DNA of 63,192 bases, filler included, from Olpidium bornovanus S191 (taxonomy: Eukaryota > Fungi > Olpidiomycota): the NCBI GenBank assembly GCA_017911155.1. It is 26 parts of 26 records of this genome, joined end to end, with 100 filler letters (N's around TTAATTAATTAA, not from the genome) between each part and the next. Parts side by side here need not be neighbours in the genome. Positions count along the whole stretch, not along the records: positions 20,632 to 25,609 come from JAEFCI010002240.1; positions 25,710 to 27,288 come from JAEFCI010000085.1; positions 27,389 to 30,593 come from JAEFCI010002957.1; positions 30,694 to 31,781 come from JAEFCI010009303.1; positions 31,882 to 35,886 come from JAEFCI010003744.1; 21 more parts are not named here. One strand, 5' to 3'. Positions 23,277 to 34,412 of the stretch are shown one piece after another; position 1 is the stretch's first letter; each line of letters begins with the position of its first letter. The translations under genes and the position numbers were made by a program. The notes below the pieces were generated by a model, which made no database searches, was not told the origin of the DNA, and was given only the letters and a program-made list of their open reading frames with translations.

Positions 23277-23534
23277 ATGCTCTTCCGCAGCGCTCTCGTC
23301 GTTGCCGCCGTCTCGCTTGCGATGGCCGCCACCGTCCGGGCCGACCACGGCGGTGACCACCCACCTCCGGCTTCGCCCACCCCGGACCAAACGCCGAACA
23401 ACACCACGACGCAGCGCCCCTCCGGCGCCTCCGAAACGACGGCCCCGACTGCCTCTGGTGCCTCCGCCGTACTGGCGCCGGCGTTCTGCCTTTTGGCGCC
23501 TGCCTTCGCTGCGGCCGCTGCCCAAGGTCTGTGA
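23277..23534 (+). CDS. Small secreted, probably GPI-anchored Ser/Thr/Pro-rich protein (85 aa)
   Basis: Signal peptide MLFRSALVVAAVSLAMAATVRA, a T/S/P-rich spacer and a hydrophobic C-terminus (SAVLAPAFCLLAPAFAAAAAQGL). Confidence 0.7.
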   Translation: MLFRSALVVAAVSLAMAATVRADHGGDHPPPASPTPDQTPNNTTTQRPSGASETTAPTASGASAVLAPAFCLLAPAFAAAAAQGL

Positions 23535-23847
23535 GCCAACCCGACGACTCGCTTTCGCCGTTGATGGGTGGTCTCCTGCAAGAACCCGGCGTTCGCGACG
23601 CTGCTGTGCCCTAGTTCGCCCAACCGCACCACCATGCGTTTATTTGTCCGGATCACTGCATTGCCACCGTCAGCGCTTTTGGGCCAACACTGCCCTCCGC
23701 TGTCGTCACGGTTCCCTCCAATCTCTGCGCTCAGGCACTTGCATATCAGTTGGATGACTGGCGTCGCACTCGCTTGCCGTCAATTTCGTCTGGTGTCACC
23801 GTACTTAGCCGCCACCACCTTAGCATAATCAATACCGTCATCGTCGA

Positions 23848-24137
23848 ATTTGTATGTAAATTACACGGGATATTGAAACCATGGCGTAGCCTCCACGGCT
23901 GTTACTTTTTTTTTGTGACGGGTCGCAGCAAGCGAAAAGGAGAGCCGTGCGGGGCAACACCGTGCGGAATCAGCGCGCAGGGCGGCGCAGAGATTTGTAT
24001 GTAAATTGCACGGGATAATGAAACCATGGCATAGCCTCCACGGCTGTTACCTTTTTTTGTGACGGGTCGCAGCAAGCGAAAAGGAGAGCTGTGTTGCGCG
24101 ACACCGTGCGGAATCAGCGCGCAGGGCGGCGCGGAGA
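23848..24137. repeat. Two tandem copies of a 145-bp unit
   Basis: Copies start at 23848 and 23993 (atttgtatgtaaatt.cacgggata.tgaaaccatggc...) and differ by few substitutions. Confidence 0.95.
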
Positions 24138-24289
24138 TGCCTGCGAAAGCTTTTCTGTTTTTTTGATGCCGCAGAACTCGGAGGAACGCGCGATTTGCAA
24201 TTCGGAAGAAAGGATGGAGCGAAGTTTTTTTTTTTGCACCCTACAGAAGTTGGCGGTGCACCGGATTCGCAAAACCGGCAATAATTTTT

Positions 24290-24815
24290 TTGTCTGCACT
24301 ATACTTGTTTGTGAACAAGCAGGATCTCAGTCATGTTTGAATGGGAGTTGCACAGGAGGCTGAAACCGTCGCATAGTCTCCATTTTTTTTTTTTTTTTGT
24401 TTTCGGCCATGGCGGGCACTTCTTTTTTTTTCCTTTGACGCCGTAGGATACTGAGATACGCCCATTTCGCACAACGCGCAATAATTTGCTTTGTTTGCTC
24501 ACTATAGTCTCTGTTTGCAAACTTTTAGGATCTCGGTCATGTTTGGATGGGAATTGCACTGGGCAATTAAAGGGTGGATGTAGCTTCTTTTTTTTTTGCG
24601 AGTACTGGCACCGCTCATTTTTTTCCTTTGACGCCGTAGGATACTGAGATACGCCCATTTCGCACAACGCGCAATAATTTGCTTTGTTTGCTCACTATAG
24701 TCTCTGTTTGCAAACTTTTAGGATCTCGGTCGTGTTTGGATGGGAATTGCACTGGGCAATTAAAGCGTGGATGTAGCTACTTTTTTTTTTGCGAGTACTG
24801 GCACCGCTCATTTTT
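24290..24815. repeat. Tandem 193-bp unit: two near-identical copies plus one diverged upstream copy
   Basis: tcctttgacgccgtaggatactgagatacg... at 24431 and 24624. A partial diverged copy (ggatctcagtcatgtttgaatgggagttgcac) lies upstream. Confidence 0.9.
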
Positions 24816-25851
24816 TTGGAAGTTAACGGCATGCTTTTTTTTGACAGCTACAGCAGTTGCAGGTACGCGTGCCTGCCATTATTTACTAAATGGGCAGTAG
24901 GTCTTGTGGTGTCAGATGGTACCCTTGGACAGGACAGTGAAGGGACGGGGCCTTGTCGTTTGTTTTTCGTGGGAGGGGTTTGTTTACAGGGCACTGCTTG
25001 AGCCCATGGCGGCTCCAAGGCGCCTCCTCGTGGCCAGGGCGCCATATTAATTGTCGAAGCATGATTATTCTAACCATGTCAAGAAGTACACCGCCCGAAT
25101 GACACTGTCCACTAACACTGTCGAATATACTGTCTGATGCCTGATTAGAAATGCCTGCAGCCTGATTTATAACGCCTGGTCTTGAAGCAGCTCAGAGTTT
25201 CGGCCAACATTCACCTGTGTCACGTCAGTCTAGCCGGTATGGCTGTCGCGGCAGCACCAGGTCCTTTACCTGGCCGGAATTAATGTGTCTGGTACCCGAA
25301 CATTGTGCTCCGGTGCGGGATGTGGTTCGCCCCGTGGCACGGACCAAGGAAGGAAAAAGCCGATGCCGGCTTTTAGCGCCAACACCTTTGCGTCAATAGC
25401 AACTTTTGAGGAAGGAGCCGGTGGCCGATGGAGAGTTCGGCCAAGACACGCGACCAAAGGAAAGGAGGAGGAAAAGAGAACGTTGCCGGGACGACGGCGG
25501 TAACACGTAGAACGCGGGTCGATCGGCGAAATAGAAAAGAGGCATGAATTTTGGGTGCGACACTCGCATATTCGGCACCGCGAAACGCGTCGCGTCAATC
25601 CTCCCCCCCNNNNNNNNNNNNNNNNNNNNNNNNNNNNNNNNNNNNNNNNNNNNTTAATTAATTAANNNNNNNNNNNNNNNNNNNNNNNNNNNNNNNNNNN
25701 NNNNNNNNNCATGTTTTTTTATTGGTCTCGGCTCGTGTGATGTTGCTCCTTTCCCCTCCCGAAGCCTGATTTCTTTTTGGAGCAGTTTCCGTGGGGCGAG
25801 GGGAGGGGGGGTTACTTACCAGAGCGTTATACGGGCGTTATATGTTCTGCG

Positions 25852-27036
25852 CAGACGGCGGAGCACAGCTCAGCGGTTGCGTTAATGGCGTGACGCCGAA
25901 CGCTTCCACGAGCGAGCGCTCGGAGGACTCCGGTGAGGTCGAGTTCCCGGCTGTTTTTTTTTGTTGCCGGCGGGCAGGGGGAAGGGAGGGGGCCGTGAGA
26001 GATTTTGTTTTTTTTTTTTTGGAACGAGCTTTGGCGGGAGACAGGCGACCGTCCACCGATTGTAAAACGCCGGCTTTCCCCGTTTTTATGCTGACTAAAC
26101 AAAGATCACCGTTCCGCGCGCGGCTGCTGCCTCTTCTGCCCTGCATTTTTCCCGGCGCAAAAAAAACACCCGGCAGATTCTCCGTCTTCGGCCGTCAGTA
26201 GCACGAGCGGTGGCTCCGGACGCTCGACGTCGTCGAACTCTGCGACGTCCGCGTCGTCGTCGGGAGACGGAAACGGCGTTTCGGGTTACAGCGGGGAGCA
26301 GAAGGCCGCGGGAGCGGGGGCGGCGGCAGCGGCGGCCCTCGCGGCGGCGGCGGCAGCGGCGCCGCCGTCGCCGCTTTCGCCGAAACGGTTTTGTTTCTGC
26401 GAGTCCGTCCTCGTCGTGGAAACCTTTGGCGCCTACGAGTACAACCGGCGGGGTTTCTCGTCGCGGAAAGCGTGGAAGGAGCAGGAGGAGGAGGCGGAGA
26501 GCGACGACGACGCCGCCGCGGACAGCGCCGGCGGCGAGGACGACGGTGTCTGCGAAGACGGCGGAGGAGGAGTAGGAGGAGGAAGCTGTTCCGGCGGCGG
26601 CGAGGTCTGCAGGCAGCGCGGCGGGCGCCGCCGTCACGGCGGCGACGCGGGCGGAGGCGGCTCCGGCGGCCCGTACGAGGGTCTGATCAAGAGCGGAAAG
26701 AGCTGTTTCATGAGCTTCTACCGCTCGGGCAAGCTGAGGTTGTCGCAGCGGGACGGGCACGGCGTCGGGGTCTGCGGCGGCGGGAAGCCCTCCAACGCGC
26801 CGACGGCCGCGCCAAAGCCGACGGCCGCCGCCGCCGCGGACGGCGAAGCCGCCGAGGGGCCGCCGCGGCGGGACCCGGACCCCGCCGCCGCTGCCGCCGC
26901 CCTGAGCCGGAAGGAGCAGCAGCACGTTCTGGAGGGCACGCGGGCAAAGCGCGAGCCCAACCACGTCAAGAAACACGAGACGGGAATCCACGAGCGGCGG
27001 AGCCCGCACCTGACCCACCTTTTCCCGGAGTACTGA
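25852..27036 (+). CDS. Probable PP1 (Glc7)-targeting subunit, Bni4/neurabin-like C-terminus, 5'-truncated
   Basis: KRFCFCESVLVVETFGAYEYNRR resembles the RVxF..TY...EYDRR motif. The terminal KREPNHVKKHETGIHERRSPHLTHLF resembles ELN.FK..EM.VH..SR..THFF. A phase-1 intron at ~25933-26176 is consistent. Confidence 0.55.
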
Positions 27037-27237
27037 TTTCGCCCTTTCCTTCGTCCTCCTTCCCCTCTCCCCTTTTTTTCTGTCCTTCTTCGCTCTTCGT
27101 CCTCCCCGCCTCCGCCGCGCGCGGCCTCAGATTTTTTTTTTGTTTTTCTTGTTGTTTAATGTCTTGTTTCTTTTTTTTTAAAAATTAAACATTGCGTGAA
27201 GTCGTCCACTTTTTTTCTCTTCTTAAAAACGCGCGGC

Positions 27238-27283
<46 letters not shown>

Positions 27284-30010
27284 TTTCCNNNNNNNNNNNN
27301 NNNNNNNNNNNNNNNNNNNNNNNNNNNNNNNNTTAATTAATTAANNNNNNNNNNNNNNNNNNNNNNNNNNNNNNNNNNNNNNNNNNNNCATGCGCGCTGA
27401 GCAAGGTGGAAATTTATGCATCCAGTCGAAGCTCTCTGACATCCAGCGGGCCTGCGAAAGAATGACGCAATGCCAGGAGAGACTGGTGGCGCGGATGCAG
27501 GGTGATCTTCAGCAGTCATCGAAACGGGATGGAAGCGGCCTGGTGCTGGCGTGCAGTCCGCTTCGGTCCGCGAGGCCCGAGGGCGGGAAGAGGTGAGCAG
27601 ATTCCCTTAATGCTTTCGTCTGGCATAACTGTGCGACTGAGCATTTAACATTCCCCACAGTCCAGTCAGGATTTCACTACGCGAGCCGGAACGCGATTGT
27701 GCCGTACACTGAAGAATTCGAGTATGGGGAGTTCGTGAATTCGCCACAGATTTTAGCGTGAGTACGCGACCGGATGTTGGTTTTTCGTTTTATTATGTGC
27801 GTAAGGGAATATCACTGAGGTTACTAGCGAATATGCGCCGCCAGAGGTACAAACGAAAATATTTTACTCCCAGTTGACGAGAGGAAAGCAACAGAAGGGG
27901 AAGATGGGGCGCGCCAAAGTGGACTTTAGCGGTCAGCATCCCGACAACTCGCTTGGGCTGTCTAATGTAGGAGACTTCAAACTCCGCAGCCAACTTCTGA
28001 TAAATGGAGTCGTTTATGACTCTCGAGCCAATGCGCAGTATGTTCATCCGCAGCAGGTGTAAATCGCGCCTTCATACCCCATTTTGGTACAGTTGCCGAG
28101 CCGCTGTACACGTCGTTACGGAAGGGTGCCGCTTAGGCATCAATTATAGACAGTGCGCTTAGTATTTGTTACAGAAGCCGAAGTTGTCATAGATATATAG
28201 AATCTTCGGAGAGAGCTCCCACTCTTTTTTTGGGACAAGCCAATTTTCCTCGAATTGCTTTGGCTGCTCAATGACAAATTTGCGACATTCATTATTTTTT
28301 TGTAGTCTTGCCACCGGCCGCATCCATATCCCAATAAACGTGTCAAAGGGTCCCCCAGCATCCAGTTCATCAATAATTCTCGCACCTCGCACTGCGAATG
28401 ACTACGACCGGGCGAAATGATCTTGTTTCACAGAAATGCTTCCTGCCTCGTGGCGACCCATGGGTTGATCAACATTGCCTTCCATGTTTCCCACCCGCTC
28501 CGTCCAGGGTATTTAGAGCGTTATTGCAAAAAGCCGCGTATAGATAAGTACGTAAGCATTGTTTTCACAAAAAGTTCCCCGAATTCCCCAGTCACTTTTT
28601 CTTGGACATGACTCGCCCCTTCAAGGTTGTCCACTGCCAAGTAAAACGGTGACGTGGCTTGCGATGTGCTAGGGCGGAGCTGCACAGATTGCTGCGCAGA
28701 TTGCCGCGGGAAATTGGATAACGTGGCGCCGACAGCACCATCATTGATTCTCGAGGCCCACGTAGCGCCTGCTTGTAAGTCAAACTTAGCCGGTTCCGAA
28801 CTGGAAAACCGTTGCCCAGGAAGCACCACGTGGAGGTGTTTGACAAGCTTCGTTTTTTTGGCGGGGGAAAAAAAAAACTCTCAGCGGCCAGAGGGGAAAA
28901 GAAACTTGTGGCTCCTGTGCGACATCGAAAGGCGGAATGTGTGTCGGAGTTGGTGGCCAAGCCGCTACCCAAAACGCGGCCGGGAAAAGGTTTCCCTTGC
29001 TGTGGACGTGTGGGCCATTCCCGGGAAACTCGAACTCTTGGACGTCCGCTGGACCGTCTCGGCTCCGGAAGGAACCATTGGGAAGGGCTGGCCAGCTGTG
29101 AATTTGACGGGCAAAGAGTTCACCAGCAGAGCCACGCGCCGACGCCCGCCTTTAGACGACGCTCAGAAATAGTGAGTCAACCCGCGGGGTGAGCCGAAGG
29201 AGAGAGAGGGAGCTCAAAGGAGAGAGAGAGGGTTTTATGCCTGTTGCGAACGTTCAGTCCCGTCCCGTGCTCGAGCTCCCTCTCCGTCCGCCGGAAGCAC
29301 AAAAAAAAAAAATCACAATGCAATACGTTATCAGCACCAAAAGGCTCGCCGCTGCGCTTCCCGCGAGAACCATCCCGCTCTCTCTCTCTTGCTCTGCGCT
29401 CCTCTTTTTCTTGCTGCACCCGCCAACCCCGCAATCGCCCGCGACGTAACGAGGCCGCTGCGCTTGCCGCTCCTCTCCGCGCTCGCCATCGCCGTTGCCG
29501 GAGCTCAGCAGCTCGCTCGACGAGAGCTTCCCGTAAGAAGTCTTGGCCGCTCGCGCCGCATCTCGCCATTTTCGCCCGCTCGCCGTCGCGCCTTCGCCGC
29601 GCGCCCCCTCCGCCAAGACCCGCGAACCCGCCTTCCCGGCGCGCATCCCCGCGAGCTCGCCCCGTCGCCGTCGCCGCTCCCCGTCGCCGTCGTCGCCTCC
29701 CCGCCGAGTCCGCCGACGCTTCACCATCCGCAAGCGCCGCCCTCACTTCGCTCACGGTCGACGTCCACGGTGGGACGATGTGGGCACGCGGGGTATCGAT
29801 GGGAAGACGTCTAAAGGAGGTATCGATGGAGGGCGTTCACTACACTTGTGATCTGCAAGTTCTTAGATGAAACGGGACTTCAAGGTAGCTAGCTGCTTGG
29901 CGTCTCTCATTTTTGCACTTTACTGCGGCTTTGATACCTGCGGTTGCTTTATTAACATCCCTTCATTTGCTTTCCGGTAGTAGGCAAGCGCGGCGGCGGA
30001 CAAGGTGCCT

Positions 30011-30421
30011 CAAAAGCAAACCCCGCCGCGCATTGCACCGTGCGTACGTCGACATCTCATCAGGCAATGGCGAACGCCTTTAACGTGGTCCAGAACGCCA
30101 TTCAGGCGTTCAAATTTGAAGTCCCTTCAGCGAACAATCTGAAGGGCCCCAAAGCAAATCCCCGCCGTGTATTGCACCGTGCATACATCGACATCTCATC
30201 AGGCAGTGGCAAACGCCATTAACGTGGTCCAAAACGCCATTCAGGTGTTCAAATTTGAAGTCCTTTCAGCGAACAATCTGACGGGCTCCAAAAGCAAACC
30301 TCCGCCGTGCATTGCACCGTGCTTACATCGACGTCTCATCAGGCAATGGCAAACGCATAACGTGGCCCAAAACGCCATTCAGGCGTCCGAATTTGAAGTC
30401 CTTTCAGCGAACAATCTGAAC
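30011..30421. repeat. Three tandem copies of an ~139-bp unit
   Basis: Copies start at 30011, 30150 and 30289 (caaaagcaaa.ccc.gccg.g.attgcaccgtgc.tac.tcgac.tctcatcaggca.tggc...). Confidence 0.95.
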
Positions 30422-30965
30422 AAGCGCCACCTGCGGTACTGGTTACAAACGTCACGAGCAGCAATGGTCAACCATGGATCAAGCCTTTTCACTGACCTCG
30501 TGAAGAAGTGCACCTTGGGCGAACGAGTTACTGTGTTCGCTACCCCGCAAAGCCAAAGGTGGCTTACCAAAAGATTAGCCAATCTGGGGCTTCNNNNNNN
30601 NNNNNNNNNNNNNNNNNNNNNNNNNNNNNNNNNNNNNTTAATTAATTAANNNNNNNNNNNNNNNNNNNNNNNNNNNNNNNNNNNNNNNNNNNNGGAGAAG
30701 GATCCCAGACCCGTTTTTGTCCATTACTGGCGAGCCGTCGAGCAGCAACGAGGAGGGCGACGGGAACGATGAAGATGACGGAAGCCAGGCGGAAGAAGTG
30801 GCAGAAGGGTCTTCAAGCCCGGTCGACAGCGAGAGCGCGGAAGCAAAAAAGCTGGGGGACGAAAGGGAGCCATCTGTGCCACCCTTGAGAAGGCGGAGCT
30901 TGCCACGGGGTTTATGCCTTTAGGCAACGCCGAGCTCTGTCTATCGCACACACCTTGCTCACTTG

Positions 30966-31517
30966 TGTCAACACGTGGCACCAAGGTTACAAATCCTTTC
31001 TGTCAGGCGCAAGGCCGAACCCGGAAGACAATCTCGGACAAAGCACCTCGAAAGGTAGTAAAAGGTCACTTTATTTCACCCCACCAATATTGGCCAGGTT
31101 AAAGTGTCTACGACCAGTATAAGCACCGGAAGGCGCGTCTACCTTAACGTAGGAGAGGACGAAGGAGGTGGGGGAAGAAAGGTTCCGGGGCGAGGAAGCT
31201 CTGCCTTTTATACCCGAGCCCCGGTTATCTTGTGAGATTTCGGCTCGGCGTTATGGCGAGAGGGCGCTTTATTTTGGTTTGCTCCGTTGTTCTCCCGGCT
31301 TCTTCTTGCCACGTTGTGCCCTTCCTTCTTTGGTTACCTGGTAGCCCTTCCGTGCGTTCCTCAGGGGTATCCAGACAACCTCCCAAGGGGTGCGCCCCCC
31401 CTGCCTGCTTTCGGCCAGGGGGGTTGTTATGGTTTCCGGCGGAGTTACCTGGTGGCCACAAAATGCCACTTGGTGCCGCTTCCGCGCACGCACTCACGGT
31501 AATGCCCGAATTCAACA
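30966..31517 (-). mobile_element. Putative solo LTR (~550 bp)
   Basis: On the minus strand it begins TGTTGAA and ends GTTGACA, with TATAAAA at 31206-31212 followed by AATAAA at 31070-31075. No exact target-site duplication is visible. Confidence 0.5.
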
Positions 31518-31781
31518 GCTTCGTCCGCGAGCATGGCGCCGATCGCCACGACCCTGGCCGAGGGTTTGAGGCGCGCCTAATTGGCGTAGTGCTCGAACTG
31601 CGACAGGAAGTTGCGCACGTGGTGGTGGGTTCGATTGCGGCTGGGGAACGGCCGAAGCTTGTCGCGAATGAGCTTTGCGACCGCACGGTCGGACTCCGAC
31701 GGCTTTTGAGCCGACTCTTCGGCTGCGGCCGTGGCGGCGAAAGCCGTCTGCAGCGAGTGGTCGCGCTGCGCGGTCACCTCC
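31518..31781 (-). pseudogene. Ty3/gypsy-like gag remnant
   Basis: ...VRNFLSQFEHYAN*ARLKPSARVVAIGAMLADEA resembles the retrotransposon gag FL..FE.Y motif and has an internal stop. Confidence 0.45.
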
Positions 31782-32699
31782 NNNNNNNNNNNNNNNNNNN
31801 NNNNNNNNNNNNNNNNNNNNNNNNNTTAATTAATTAANNNNNNNNNNNNNNNNNNNNNNNNNNNNNNNNNNNNNNNNNNNNACATGACCCAAGGGCGGAC
31901 GAGTTACCACGTTCACCCGGTGCGGCTAGTGTGTCTGGCAAAATACTCACGTGATCCGGATTCTGGTCTAGACATCGTGCGGCTGGTGTGCCCAAGCCCT
32001 CCCTGGTGCCGGGCCAGCGTGGGGAATTCAATGCCGTAATCTCAGCAAAATTTCCACTATGTTGTAGCATTCAGCGTGTTGGCACTCGAACCTGGAAACT
32101 GCATTCAATACACGCCCACACTTTGGCGCCGGCCGCAGCAGCCGCGCCCATACGATGCACTGGCCCTAGACGTGCCAATCGAATCCCGAACACTTCCAGA
32201 TCTCAGAGATATATTCCGCGATGAGGGCCAGGCCGCCAATGTGCAAAAAATCTCACAGAACGCGCTGTGCGCAGACCCGGCAGTTGTACGTGTTACAACC
32301 GCCGTGCACCCGCGGCGCGACTAGCGCCGGCAAATGGCGCAAGAACCGGCCAACACGGCCCCTCCCCCCCCACCCGGGAACGCGGCCTCGCGCTCAGGCG
32401 ACGGATGCGGTCGAAACGCGTCGGGAGGATTTCGCAGCCGGCGGTTCCGGAACGCGGTGAAAAGCACGGCCGGGGATCAGCGTTGTGGGCGGCGTCGCGG
32501 GGACTGAAGAAAACGACGAGCAGGTGGTAGAGAGGGGTGACGGCGAAATCTGAAACGCAGGACAGAACATCGGCGGGCTGCAGGGCGGGCGCCGCAGAAG
32601 CAACAGGGGGGACGGGGGGCGTGAACGGCGCAAAAAAAAAAAAAGGTCCTTCGAGGACGCAAGCGTAGGTAACTAGGCGCCCATCGCCGACGCAACTAC

Positions 32700-32732
<33 letters not shown>

Positions 32733-32753
32733 CCCCCGTTTCCCCCCGTCGTG

Positions 32754-32787
<34 letters not shown>

Positions 32788-33107
32788 TCGCACTTTGCTC
32801 GAAACAGCATTCTTACGTATTCATCCAGATTACTGCTGCGTTACTACGTTGACCGTTTGATGTCGATGAGGATGTGGCTGCATAATTGAATGCAGTTTCT
32901 TCGGATTTGGCGTTTGAAGCCCCGCAGCCGGGAAAACCGACATCCGTTGCTCCGTGATTTTATTCGAGCGGTCGCAAACGGGGAATTTCACTGGGAAAGC
33001 ATCTCATAAAAAAAAAATACGACGTCATCAAAGTCGAATAAGCACGAGTATGGCGAAGCACAGATTGACAAACGCCGCGCGGCTGGGCTTTCGCGCGATT
33101 GACGTCC

Positions 33108-34412
33108 TCAGGACGCGTTATAAGTATCCTTGAAATTCTTCACTAATAGAGTCTTTCCCTTAATCGTAGATGTCACCCACGAACCGCTGTCAAAAGTGGA
33201 AGATTTCGGTGAGCAGACGTTTTTTTTTAGTGCCCGGCCGGTGTAAATGCAATACTCACAAAGCGGAAAAAGAGGATCCCAGTTGCGAAGCGCCGCCGGA
33301 CGGCCCAAGGGGCACGACCATCATCATCCCGGGGTCCTTGAACGCTTTATTGAGATGCGCGTCCGGAGATCCGGCCTTGACGAGCGTCAGGATGTTGCCG
33401 GCGGCGGCCGCAGCCTGGGCCTTGCCGCTGAGAAACGTTTTGAGACCGGGGGAATCGACGGCGTCGCCGATCCCAAAGTACGAGCGGAGCTTCGGCGAGA
33501 GGAACCTCAGGCTCCGCGGGTCCACTTTTCCCCTGCCGTCGGCGTCGACCGCCGCGGGGTCGGCGGCTGATATCAGCGACGCGTCGGGCCTTCCGCCGGC
33601 GGCGACAAAAACGAAATCTGCGTCGATGGATTTTCCCGAGCTCGTGGTGAACTTGCGGGCGCCGCCCTCCACCGGGCCTGTTCTCACGCCGTCGAGCTGG
33701 ACGCCGTCGTTTAAGACGACCTCGACGCCGATGGCCTCGAGGCCGGCCAGGAGCCTTCGGTGGAATTTGCCGGAAAACTGCGGGCCGACGAGCCTCGCGC
33801 CCCTGCCGACGAGGGTGATCTTTTTGTCCTTGTGCACGGCCTTGACTTCGCCCGCAAACTCGATCCCGACGGGACCGCCGCCCGCCACGAGCAGCGACCG
33901 CGCTTCCTTGATCTGGCGCTGCTGCTCCCGGAGCGAAGACAGCGATTCCGCCGCGGTCTTGCCGGACGGGCGGCAGGGCGCGCCGTAGGTCGAACCGGTC
34001 GCGATGACAGCGTACTCGAACTCGATCGTCGTCGAGGCGAACGGCTCGCGGACCTGGTCTACGACGACCGAATTCGGGTTCAGCGACACGACCCTCGTCC
34101 CGGCGAGGACCAGGTGACGTGACCCGGGAGGGAAGACCTTGTCGAGAGCCGCGAACACGCTGTCTTCGAAGCCGGGCAAGACGCAGGCTCGGAGGGCGCC
34201 CGGCGGCCAGTACGCAAACTGATTTTGGGTTGGCGGGTCGCGCGTAGGCGTCGCGGTTGCGTTTGAAACATGCCCGCAAGAGGGGTGATGCTTACGTCGT
34301 TGGCCTCGATGAGGACAACCCTGTGGGTTTCGGGAAGCTCGCTGGCTAGTTTGAGCGCCGCGCACGCGCCGGTCATGGCGCCCACGACAACGATGTTCTT
34401 CATCGACGACAT
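33108..34412 (-). CDS. AIFM2/AMID/FSP1-like FAD-dependent pyridine nucleotide-disulphide oxidoreductase (complete, 3 exons)
   Basis: Exons 34412-34296, 34218-33260 and 33186-33108. Motifs: NIVVVGAMTG, YAVIATGS, LLVAGGGPVGIEFAGEV, FGIGD. Confidence 0.92.
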
